From: a virus
Lineage: Duplodnaviria; Caudoviricetes
Virus record (IMG/VR): IMGVR_UViG_3300017754_001394
Coordinates: 1 to 35,125 of that record
Length of the DNA stretch: 35,125 nt
Strand: one strand, 5' to 3'
Shown: positions 9,594 through 18,349 of the stretch, one piece after another
Layout: every line of letters begins with the position of its first letter
Numbering within the stretch: the stretch's first letter is position 1
Notes under the pieces: model-generated
What the model saw: only the letters and a program-made list of their open reading frames with translations
Database searches by the model: none
Told to the model about the DNA's origin: nothing
Translations under genes and position numbers: made by a program

Positions 9594-10076
9594 ATGAATT
9601 ACACCTGGACTCCTGCTCACGGCAACGATGTTGAGCACATCGTAAATATGGCTGAAAGCCACTTCCAATCTGAGATTGACTTAATCTTCAAACCAGAACC
9701 TGTTGTTTACAGCAGAAATATCACTTTAGCAGTGGTAAATCAGTTCTATTCCCCTCTCTCCGAACTTTTAAGTGTCTGTAAAGACGACACAGGCAAGTTA
9801 ATAGCCTATACTTGGGCAGTTATTGAAGTTGCAACTTGGTCAGATGATAGAATCTTAGCTATCAAAATGGCACACGTTGACCTTTCATTATCTGCTAAAC
9901 TTCGCATTAAGATTGTCAAAGATATGTTTAATCTTTGGGAAACTTTTGCGTTGTTATCAAATACCCCTATCATATGCAGTACTACAATGCGTAGAGACCA
10001 AGATGGTTTCTTAAAGCTACACGAGAAAAACGGTTACGATGTTCGCGGTAGCTACGCATATAAAAGATTATTCTAA
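9594..10076 (+). CDS. GNAT-fold (acetyltransferase-like) protein
   Basis: 160 aa; N-terminal TPAHGNDVEHIVNM, central GKLIAYTWA strand and C-terminal FLKLHEKNGY follow the GNAT pattern. Confidence 0.55.
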   Translation: MNYTWTPAHGNDVEHIVNMAESHFQSEIDLIFKPEPVVYSRNITLAVVNQFYSPLSELLSVCKDDTGKLIAYTWAVIEVATWSDDRILAIKMAHVDLSLSAKLRIKIVKDMFNLWETFALLSNTPIICSTTMRRDQDGFLKLHEKNGYDVRGSYAYKRLF

Positions 10077-10499
10077 AGTGCTACGCAACATCCAGATTTG
10101 TTTCTCTAAAGCTAAGATTCTGTCTTGGCTGTAGTTACCGATTTCTTCGTAGCCTTCTGTTTCGCTGATTCTCATCAGTTCTTCATACTGTTCTTTTAAT
10201 TCTAACAAGTCCATCATAATAGAGCTTAGTAAATCATCACTAGATCCTTCTAGGATACCTGTACCAATATGGCTTTGATTCAATACATCTTGAATCTCGA
10301 CTGGCATGAACTCATCCATTGCACGTAATAGTTCTGCGATAGTATCGATTTGGTCTTGTAGACTTTCGTATATCTTTTCTAATAACTTGTGGTCGCTATA
10401 AAAGTTTCTACCTACAATATTAACATGAGCCAAATGCGCTCTGTAATATGCTACGAAATTGTCATTAAAGACTTGTGTTAACTGTTCTTGTGTGTTCAT
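10068..10499 (-). CDS. dps: Dps/ferritin-like protein
   Basis: 143 aa; HVNIVGRNFYSDHKLLEKIYE, DTIAE and C-terminal EKQIWMLRS match Dps signatures. Confidence 0.85.
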   Translation of the reverse strand: MNTQEQLTQVFNDNFVAYYRAHLAHVNIVGRNFYSDHKLLEKIYESLQDQIDTIAELLRAMDEFMPVEIQDVLNQSHIGTGILEGSSDDLLSSIMMDLLELKEQYEELMRISETEGYEEIGNYSQDRILALEKQIWMLRSTLE

Positions 10500-12166
10500 T
10501 CTATTCTTTTACCTTTTACATCATATGTTCTAATCACTACTGGTTTCTTCATGTTCGAAACATCATATACAGTTGCAAACACTTCGCCGTCTTTTAAATT
10601 TCTAGGGTTAGGGTTAACATCCATCTTAAAGGGCTTACCAGTGGTAGTATCTGTTCCATACATTACTGATTTATCTCTATTGTGATGTGTAATTTCCAAA
10701 TCAGGTGCTGAACTAAACTTAACTGACTTCTCCGTTAATACATCAGCTTTCTTCTTAGCTTTCAAATTATTAAACATCTCACTATTCTTTGCAACTGTGT
10801 CAGTAGTTGGTTGTAAAGTAGGTGTTGCTTGAACTTTTGGAGCTGGAGCAGTAGGTTGTGGTGGTAATTCAGTAGGAGCTACAGGGCCTGTAGTAGGTAT
10901 TGGAGCTGGTGCTTGTTGTACCGGAGCTGGTGCAGGTGCCTCTGGTGCTACTGGTCGTAGTTTGCTTGCTGCAAGATCCATACTCATTTGTTTAGGTGTA
11001 GCACTAGGCTGTGGCTTATACTTGTTAGTAAATGCTTCGTTACTTGCAGCCATTGGACTTGGTCCAATCTCACCAGTAGCCGTTCCATACATTGTAGCAG
11101 GGTTAACTGGACCTGGAGTAGGATTATATGGTAATGCCTGTTGAGTTGGCATACCAGCTTGTATACCAGCACGCCCTTTAGCAGCATTCACCGCAGCAGG
11201 GAACTCTGAGTTAAAGCCTGTTCTGTTAGCTAAGTGTCTAGCAGCTAATTCAGATACGCCTTGAGAGATTGTTTTAATTGGTACGCCAGTAAGTGCAGTT
11301 AAGCCGATTTCACCCATAGTTTGTAATGGGTTAGTTCTAACACCACGACCTACACGTTCACCGAATGCTTCCATAGCGCGCCCTTGTAGTGGAACTAGTG
11401 GATAACCTTCAGGACTTTTAACCGCAGTAGCTTTAGCGAACTTATCAATTGGGTTAGTCATTAACTCACTCGTAGGTCTTGCTTGACTTTGTAGTTGTTC
11501 TAGTGTTTGTGGTGGAATGTTAGGTGGATTAGCTGTAAATCTGTTTTGCGGTGTAGGTAAGTTACCCATAAAACGTTCAGCAGCCGCGACAGGTGTGTAT
11601 GTTTCACGTAATGGAATCATAGCACTAGTTGCTTCATTGTATGTTGGGTTAGTGACACCTTGATACAAGCCTTTACCAAAGTTAGCAGCTGGCTTGACTG
11701 TAGCTTTACCTACATTCATAGCAGCTTTACCAGCAGCCATTGTAGCATCGCCTGCGCCAGGTACCATTGCGAACTGCGGATCGTAAATTGCGCCCTTAAC
11801 CATTTCGCCCATAGTATTACCTGGGTTAGTAGTTATTGCTTTGTATAAGTTAGTAGCTGATTCAACAGGGTTCTGAATAACGTTAGCAATACCGCCAACG
11901 ATTTGGTCGCCTTTTTCTCTTACACGCTTAGTAGCAGCTTGATACTGTTCTTCAGTACCGCCTGGCATTATACTTTGAAGCATATCAAGTGTAGGGCTAG
12001 CAGCACTATTCTTGCGCCAGTCTTCAACACTCATACCTTTTAATGTATCAACAAAGCCTGGCTTTTTACCGCTATTCAACTTTTCAAGTAGACTAGGATC
12101 AGTAACGTACTCGCTAGAGCCGTTTAGCTTTTCTAACAGTGAGGTGTCTGTTACGTATTCACTCAT
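10496..12166 (-). CDS. Putative internal virion/ejection protein
   Basis: 556 aa, Ala/Gly/Pro-rich; N-terminal duplicated SEYVTDxSLLEKLN; last of the large post-tail genes. Confidence 0.6.
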   Translation of the reverse strand: MSEYVTDTSLLEKLNGSSEYVTDPSLLEKLNSGKKPGFVDTLKGMSVEDWRKNSAASPTLDMLQSIMPGGTEEQYQAATKRVREKGDQIVGGIANVIQNPVESATNLYKAITTNPGNTMGEMVKGAIYDPQFAMVPGAGDATMAAGKAAMNVGKATVKPAANFGKGLYQGVTNPTYNEATSAMIPLRETYTPVAAAERFMGNLPTPQNRFTANPPNIPPQTLEQLQSQARPTSELMTNPIDKFAKATAVKSPEGYPLVPLQGRAMEAFGERVGRGVRTNPLQTMGEIGLTALTGVPIKTISQGVSELAARHLANRTGFNSEFPAAVNAAKGRAGIQAGMPTQQALPYNPTPGPVNPATMYGTATGEIGPSPMAASNEAFTNKYKPQPSATPKQMSMDLAASKLRPVAPEAPAPAPVQQAPAPIPTTGPVAPTELPPQPTAPAPKVQATPTLQPTTDTVAKNSEMFNNLKAKKKADVLTEKSVKFSSAPDLEITHHNRDKSVMYGTDTTTGKPFKMDVNPNPRNLKDGEVFATVYDVSNMKKPVVIRTYDVKGKRIE

Positions 12167-14175
12167 TATTTCTTCTTCCAGCCTTTGCCATCAAAGACAT
12201 AAGTTACGCCGTCGATTGTTTTCTCGTTTTGACCACCACCAGCTTCAGCAGGAGTTTCAGGAATAAATCGACCACCACTCTTAACTTGATTTCTAGCAAA
12301 GTCTAATGTTCTACGAGTACCTTCAGCACTTCTACGTAACCATTCTTCAACAGAACCTGCGCTCCATGTTTCATCGGGTTTAGTCGATGTGACGAATTGT
12401 AAGTCTCTATCAGTTGGGTTAGTACCAAGCATCTTGGCGTTGATAGCAGCTTGCTTGTTTACCTGATCCAATACTGTTTGTGTGTTAACATAATCTTGTG
12501 TCTTGAAGACTCTACCGACAGTCTGTTCGCCAGGAATAGTGCCATGAATAAGAGTACCAAAGTTTGTGTTTTCATTTTTCAATACTTGAATTGCATGATT
12601 AGTTTTAGTCAAGTCTCCCACAATCTTATCTGCGCCAGCTAATGCTTCTGTAGCATTCTTCAACATGTCCTTACGTGCTCCTTGTGCTGCTTCACGGTCA
12701 CCAGGAGTCTCATATACAGGTGCAGCACCAGTAGTTGTAATCTGTGGATTAACACCACTCATTGGACTCTTTGTTGCGCCAACAGTTGTTCTATCAGCCA
12801 TAGGAGTTGAAGCTGCGGCTGCTGGAGCAGGGGCAGGTGCTGCATTATTAGTTGTAGTTGCTGCAGGAGTAGATGTAGCTTGACCTGTACCAGTTTTAAC
12901 TGTACCAGTTGGCTGTGGAGCTTGAGCACGAATGCTTGCTTTGTACTCTGGGCTTAATGCGCCATGTTTAGCTTCTGACTCAGCAATAATCTTCTCACGT
13001 TCAGCAGCACTTGCAGTAGGACCAGCAAACGCCAACCTGTTTGTAAGTTCATTAATTTGAATTTGATTCTTAGTTGCAACATCTGAACCAATACCATATG
13101 CACGTAGGTTGCTTGAAGCGCCAGAGTAAATCTTGCCCTTATTATCAACTAGACGAATACCTTGTGGTGTTGTTTGTTCATAGTAAATCTCACCAGTAGT
13201 CATGTCTTGCATCTTACCAGTGTGAGTTGTAGTACCTTTAGCAACTGTGCCAGCATTAGCAGCAGCAATCATTTCTTTATTAGATAGTTGCTTACCTGTT
13301 TCAGCATTATAGCCTTCCATAGGTAAACCGTCTGCTCTCATCTTAATAAGAGCATTAAATGTCTGACCGTCACTACCGATAACTTGTTGACTAGACCACT
13401 TAGATCCAACACCTAGTTTAGCAGCTTCATCTTTTTGACTTGCTTCCATACCTAACAAGCCATACATAATAGCTTTGCCCCATGAGCCTTCACTACTACG
13501 ACTTGCTAACATCTTGTTTAAGTCTGCAGGTGTAGCATTGCGAATGAATTGTGTTGCTTGATTCTTTGCATAATCTTGCTTCATCATATCACTTAACTGT
13601 ACGCCAGCAACTTGCCGTTGTTCAGGAGTATACTGACTATTGTTGTATATCTCCCACATCTTCTTCTGGTCACCTTGACTCTGAACTAATGCATCATTAA
13701 ACGGTACAGTTTGTTGTGCTAATTGTTGTTGAGCGCCTGGTGTTGCAGTTAGCCCACGGTTAGCTTGATCCTGACCCAACGGCGCTTGAGCCTGAGCTTG
13801 CAACCTTTGTGTTTCATTTTGTGTCTGGTCAGGATAATTAGCATATTGATTAACGTCCGTTGTAGGTTGTTGCATTGGACCGGCAACCTGAACTCCAGGC
13901 TGTTGTGTCATAGCTGTAATAGCTTGTTGCTGACTAGCTAAGTCTTGTGGACTAACAGGACGTGCGCCTGGTACTTGAGGTGCGCCAGGGATTCCAGGTG
14001 TTCCAGGAATCTCAGGAGTCTCAGGAACTTCAGGCATAGCAGGAGCGCCCGGAACTTGTGGAGCTCCAGGCATTTGATTCATTTGAGCCATTTCAGCTTG
14101 TTGAGCTTCTTTGCGCTTTCTTTCTTCTTCAAATGGATCGTAACTTTGTGAAATTGAGTAATCTGTGTATGCCAT
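12166..14175 (-). CDS. Putative internal virion/ejection protein
   Basis: 669 aa, Gln/Ala-rich with PGAPQV/PEIPG repeats; GTNPTDRD and C-terminal YVFDGKGW segments of the kind seen in podovirus DNA-transfer proteins. Confidence 0.6.
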   Translation of the reverse strand: MAYTDYSISQSYDPFEEERKRKEAQQAEMAQMNQMPGAPQVPGAPAMPEVPETPEIPGTPGIPGAPQVPGARPVSPQDLASQQQAITAMTQQPGVQVAGPMQQPTTDVNQYANYPDQTQNETQRLQAQAQAPLGQDQANRGLTATPGAQQQLAQQTVPFNDALVQSQGDQKKMWEIYNNSQYTPEQRQVAGVQLSDMMKQDYAKNQATQFIRNATPADLNKMLASRSSEGSWGKAIMYGLLGMEASQKDEAAKLGVGSKWSSQQVIGSDGQTFNALIKMRADGLPMEGYNAETGKQLSNKEMIAAANAGTVAKGTTTHTGKMQDMTTGEIYYEQTTPQGIRLVDNKGKIYSGASSNLRAYGIGSDVATKNQIQINELTNRLAFAGPTASAAEREKIIAESEAKHGALSPEYKASIRAQAPQPTGTVKTGTGQATSTPAATTTNNAAPAPAPAAAASTPMADRTTVGATKSPMSGVNPQITTTGAAPVYETPGDREAAQGARKDMLKNATEALAGADKIVGDLTKTNHAIQVLKNENTNFGTLIHGTIPGEQTVGRVFKTQDYVNTQTVLDQVNKQAAINAKMLGTNPTDRDLQFVTSTKPDETWSAGSVEEWLRRSAEGTRRTLDFARNQVKSGGRFIPETPAEAGGGQNEKTIDGVTYVFDGKGWKKK

Positions 14176-14183
14176 AATATCTC

Positions 14184-14918
14184 TTACATGAATTTGAATG
14201 GAGAACCTGACACAGATCCGCCGATACTAGACGTATCTTTACCTTGTGCGCCAGTGAAGTTACCAGTGTAGCTTGTTGCAGGTGTTCCAAAGATAACGCT
14301 AGCGTATTTAGCAAACGTATCTTGGTCGATACCAGCAGCACCCACTTTAGTACCAGCAGCACCAAGAGCTTGAGTTAATCCACCCTGACCTAATTGTGCT
14401 AGGTTAGTTGCTGCTGCGGCTCGTTGCCCTGCAACACTACTTTGAATGTCAGCAGCAGTCTTAGCTTGCAATGCTTGTGATTGACCTGCTAACTGTCTGT
14501 CTGCTAATGCTTGTCTTGCTGAGCCTAAGTTACCAGTGCCACCAAACTGTGCGTTTTGATTAGCAATGTTTTGTTGATACTGTGCTTGAGCAGGTGCTAA
14601 TGCAGCACTAACTTGATTTGCTTCGTAGTCTGGGCTGAATAGACTTTGTAGTCCACTGATGCCTGTACGTAATGCAGACTCGCCTGTTTCTCCTGAAACG
14701 TTTTGTACTTGACCAGCAACGCCGGCTAAGTTCTGTCCAGCATTTTGAATGCCTTGTGATGAACTGTTGTATACATCAGCAGCACCTTGCACAGCATTTT
14801 TATATGATGGGATGATGTCTTGTGTTAAGAACCCAGTCGTCGCCGCTATTTGGTCTCGTTGTTCTTGTGTTAGAACTGGGTTGCTTGTTGATGATGATTT
14901 GCCGAATGATCCAGACAT
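14184..14918 (-). CDS. Putative ejection/pilot protein (P22 gp7-like position)
   Basis: 244 aa, Ala/Gly/Gln-rich helical, GKSSSTS N-terminus, GNLGSARQALA motif. Confidence 0.6.
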   Translation of the reverse strand: MSGSFGKSSSTSNPVLTQEQRDQIAATTGFLTQDIIPSYKNAVQGAADVYNSSSQGIQNAGQNLAGVAGQVQNVSGETGESALRTGISGLQSLFSPDYEANQVSAALAPAQAQYQQNIANQNAQFGGTGNLGSARQALADRQLAGQSQALQAKTAADIQSSVAGQRAAAATNLAQLGQGGLTQALGAAGTKVGAAGIDQDTFAKYASVIFGTPATSYTGNFTGAQGKDTSSIGGSVSGSPFKFM

Positions 14919-14936
14919 GTTATAAAACCTTTATAC

Positions 14937-14942
14937 TATTTA
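14937..14942 (-). promoter_or_regulatory. TAAATA late-type promoter core
   Basis: cacTAAATAgt in a 34-nt gap, followed by AAAGG RBS; not part of a stop codon. Confidence 0.65.
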
Positions 14943-14952
14943 GTGTTTTTAA

Positions 14953-17433
14953 TTATGGTGCTACAGGACCAGCGGCTTGTGCTGACGTAGTACCTAGCAA
15001 CGGATAACGACCTTGCATTGCTGCTAGAATCTGTTGAGGTGTTGCTGAAGTTTGCGCTGTATTAGCTCCCCATGGAGTTGTTGGCGCTGCAGGAACATTG
15101 TTGTACAACGGTGCGTTGAACTCAGGTCCTTGTTGATATGGATGACCGCCCCAATGGAACTGACTTTGTGCATCGTTCATAGGTTGATACATAGGCGTAG
15201 GACTAATCCAGCCTGGGTTTAAACCTGTTGGTACATTTAGTTTAGCGCCTTGACCTAATGTGTATCTACCATAATGATATGAACCATCAGGGTTATTTGG
15301 GTCAGTTGGTACTACTACTGGGAAGACTGGGTTAGTTGGGTCTGTCGGTGTAGTAGGTGTTGTTGGGTCTGTTGTAGTTGTTGGACCTGGAACTTGCACT
15401 TCTGGGATCGGTGGAGTCTCTGGTATAACAACTCTAGGACCTTCTGTCAATGGTGGTTGAGTTGCTGGAGGAGCTACTGGTCCTGTACCATTACCAACAG
15501 TACCTGTACCCGTTCCGTTACCGCCAGTACCTGTACCCGCAGTAGTTGGACCGCTAATCATTACTGATATAGTTGTACCATCACTTTGTTTATCGTCTTT
15601 ATATACTGCGCCATCTGGTGTAGTTCTAGTTGTACTTGAGATAGTAGTTGGTGTCTGCGATGGTGGTTGAACCACTGGAGGTTGAACTGCAGGTGGGGCG
15701 ACAGGAGCAGGTGGTTGAACTGCAGGTTGAGCAGGTGCCGCTGTCGTCGGTGGTACAATGATAGGTACGATAGGTTGTTGTGGTGCGCTAGTTGGTACTT
15801 CCCAAGCATTAGCGCCAGCGTTGTATTGTGCAGTGCCACTATCAATCTGTTGTTGTGTAGCCAAATCAGTATTAGGTGTACGATACTCTGGGACAACACT
15901 TGATGGGTTTTCACTAAAGCCTGCACCGCCTGCTACGTCAACTTTAACTGGGGCTGTAGGAGCAGCAGGTCCAATCTGATTGATAGCATCAGCAGGGCGC
16001 ATTCCACTCTTTACTAATTCATTGTAACGTGCTTCTTGTTCTGGAGTGTATGCTTCTGCAACTGTTTGAGCCTTATACTGACTTTGTGCATATTGTTGTG
16101 CATCGTAGTAATCTAACAATTGGTCAACAGTTGCCTGATTGTAACCTTTACCTAATAGGAATTGTTCTGGGTTACTTGATGCTTCTGCTGCTGTTAAGTT
16201 CTTAGCATATGCGCTATTTGGGTTGCCAGCATTCTGCACAACTCCATTGTTTATTTGTGAACCATATTGGTCTTTTAGTACGTTGTCAGCAAAGCTATCA
16301 CTGTTTAGATTCATGCTACTGATATCGTTAGACGCAGGGTTGAACGTATCTGTTGCGTCATACTTTGCCCACATTGAATCAATGCTAGGGATAGTAGACT
16401 GGGCAACTGTTGTTGCTGGGTTAACTGGTGCAGGTGTTGTAGTTGTATCAGTTGCAACTTCAGTAGGGCGAATAGGACCTGTTGGTTCTCTATACTCATA
16501 CACTGTGTTACCACTTGCATCCGTTGTAGTTACTACTGTACCTTTACCTGCTGCTGCTAATTGTTCGTGCGCTTGAGCATAGCTGTTTGATGCAGTCTCG
16601 GCTCTGATTTGTTCTACCGTCTTTGATGTTGCATCAGATACAGGAGCTTTAGCAGGCGTATTCAAAGTGTCGAATGAGTTCAATGCATCATAGATACCTG
16701 TAACTTGTGGACCACTCATTGACCAGCCCATTTGATTAGCAACGCTTTGTGCAGGGTTGGCAGTAGTCTTAGCTTTAGCAATAACATCGTCAGGAATCAT
16801 ATCACTGTATGTTTGCTTTAATGTACCATTTGCTTTTGCTTGATTGATAGCTTGTTGGGCAGCAGCCGCAGCAGATTCGCTTGCAGTCCATCCCATTTCT
16901 TGGTTCAATGCTGCGATAGGATCACTTGTTAAGTTAGCACGAGCAAGTACATCTTTTGGTACTGAACTGATAGCTTCTGATGGAGTCATAAACTTGTATG
17001 CAGCAGCACCGCCACCGGTTACCGCACCAAGAATCAATCCTGACTTCAATGCTGTTACAACGTCTTGACCAGTAAGTACAGCACCAGTAACACCAGCAGC
17101 TCCACCTGCAGCAGCGGCTTGCACAGCAGCTTGAGCAATAGGACCTAAACTTCCTGTAGCTGCGCCAGCAGCCGATCCAGCATATGCACCGATAGAGCCC
17201 ATAGCTCCGCCAGTGATAGCAGCTTTAACTACGTTACCACCAGTCGCAGCAGCGCCAGCGGCACCACCTAACGCTCCAGCCCACATTGGTGGAATGCCGT
17301 ATGCCATAGCAACAGCACTTGTGATTGCACCGATTGGGTTTGCCTTAACGCTGTCCCATGCATTTTGAATTGTGTCTCCAACATCGTCAACGGTATCGTC
17401 AACGAATTCCCAGAAGTCGTTCCATAAGCTCAT
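14953..17433 (-). CDS. Large low-complexity virion protein with Gly/Ala hydrophobic N-terminus
   Basis: 826 aa; membrane-compatible GxxxG-rich region, internal repeats, Pro/Thr-rich C-terminal half; in the ejection-protein block. Confidence 0.65.
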   Translation of the reverse strand: MSLWNDFWEFVDDTVDDVGDTIQNAWDSVKANPIGAITSAVAMAYGIPPMWAGALGGAAGAAATGGNVVKAAITGGAMGSIGAYAGSAAGAATGSLGPIAQAAVQAAAAGGAAGVTGAVLTGQDVVTALKSGLILGAVTGGGAAAYKFMTPSEAISSVPKDVLARANLTSDPIAALNQEMGWTASESAAAAAQQAINQAKANGTLKQTYSDMIPDDVIAKAKTTANPAQSVANQMGWSMSGPQVTGIYDALNSFDTLNTPAKAPVSDATSKTVEQIRAETASNSYAQAHEQLAAAGKGTVVTTTDASGNTVYEYREPTGPIRPTEVATDTTTTPAPVNPATTVAQSTIPSIDSMWAKYDATDTFNPASNDISSMNLNSDSFADNVLKDQYGSQINNGVVQNAGNPNSAYAKNLTAAEASSNPEQFLLGKGYNQATVDQLLDYYDAQQYAQSQYKAQTVAEAYTPEQEARYNELVKSGMRPADAINQIGPAAPTAPVKVDVAGGAGFSENPSSVVPEYRTPNTDLATQQQIDSGTAQYNAGANAWEVPTSAPQQPIVPIIVPPTTAAPAQPAVQPPAPVAPPAVQPPVVQPPSQTPTTISSTTRTTPDGAVYKDDKQSDGTTISVMISGPTTAGTGTGGNGTGTGTVGNGTGPVAPPATQPPLTEGPRVVIPETPPIPEVQVPGPTTTTDPTTPTTPTDPTNPVFPVVVPTDPNNPDGSYHYGRYTLGQGAKLNVPTGLNPGWISPTPMYQPMNDAQSQFHWGGHPYQQGPEFNAPLYNNVPAAPTTPWGANTAQTSATPQQILAAMQGRYPLLGTTSAQAAGPVAP

Positions 17434-17451
17434 AATTGTTTACCTTTATTC

Positions 17452-17457
17452 TATTTA
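17452..17457 (-). promoter_or_regulatory. TAAATA late-type promoter core
   Basis: aacTAAATAga in a 28-nt gap, followed by AAAGGT RBS. Confidence 0.65.
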
Positions 17458-17461
17458 GTTA

Positions 17462-18349
17462 TTATTCTTTTACTACTTGAGCACTGATGCTTCTTAGTTT
17501 GAATTCATCTGTTGTTACTTGCATGGTACCAGTTGCAGTAAAAAACACTTCAACAATGTAACGATAGTATCCAGGATCAGGTTCATCTAATATAGTTGCA
17601 AACACAGTATCTAGTATTGGTAAGGATCCTGTACCTGTTAAGCCAGGGTACTCATACACCTGTTGAGCTATCGTAGTAGCATCTCCGAATATATAATCAG
17701 GGTTCACTGGATCATTGTTCAAAAATGCTGCGTATCTAGTTAGCTCAACATTTAATGTTAAGTCTTCTGTACCAGTAAACACTTCATAGCTTATGATTTG
17801 ATTTAACTGTCCTGATATGAACACACGGTCAGTACCGCCCGTTACTGTGACACGAACATCGCAGTCAGTTGAGGTTAAGCCGTCCATAGTTGAGTACTCA
17901 ATCGTTCCACCTGATACGTATGCAGGCAGTGGAGACGGTATCGCAGACACAGTTCTAACAATTACATATGTTGTAGTACATTCAACAACACCTATAGGAA
18001 CTGTGTTGTAGCCGTTATCTCTTAGATAACTATTGTTCCATTCTGTGGGTACAATGCTTCTAGCAACTAGCCCGTTACCTACAACGAATGGTGCTGACGC
18101 TTGAGCACTTGCGAACGTATACTTAATGGTTCTGTTGTCAAGTTGTTCAGCGTTAGACAAGTTAATGGGTGCAACATACAATTGTGCAACACCTGTTTGA
18201 CTGAATGGTATACGGAAGTTACCTGTAAGATATCCTGTTGCGTATGTACTGTAGCCGCTAAAGTTCTGTCCCAGACCGCTAGGGCCTGAGAGCAAATAGT
18301 TTACTGCATCTTGTACTGCATCACCGTCGCCTACTGGGAAGCTACTCAT
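17462..18349 (-). CDS. Putative tail protein
   Basis: 295 aa, beta-rich, translationally coupled to the tail hub gene. Confidence 0.6.
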   Translation of the reverse strand: MSSFPVGDGDAVQDAVNYLLSGPSGLGQNFSGYSTYATGYLTGNFRIPFSQTGVAQLYVAPINLSNAEQLDNRTIKYTFASAQASAPFVVGNGLVARSIVPTEWNNSYLRDNGYNTVPIGVVECTTTYVIVRTVSAIPSPLPAYVSGGTIEYSTMDGLTSTDCDVRVTVTGGTDRVFISGQLNQIISYEVFTGTEDLTLNVELTRYAAFLNNDPVNPDYIFGDATTIAQQVYEYPGLTGTGSLPILDTVFATILDEPDPGYYRYIVEVFFTATGTMQVTTDEFKLRSISAQVVKE

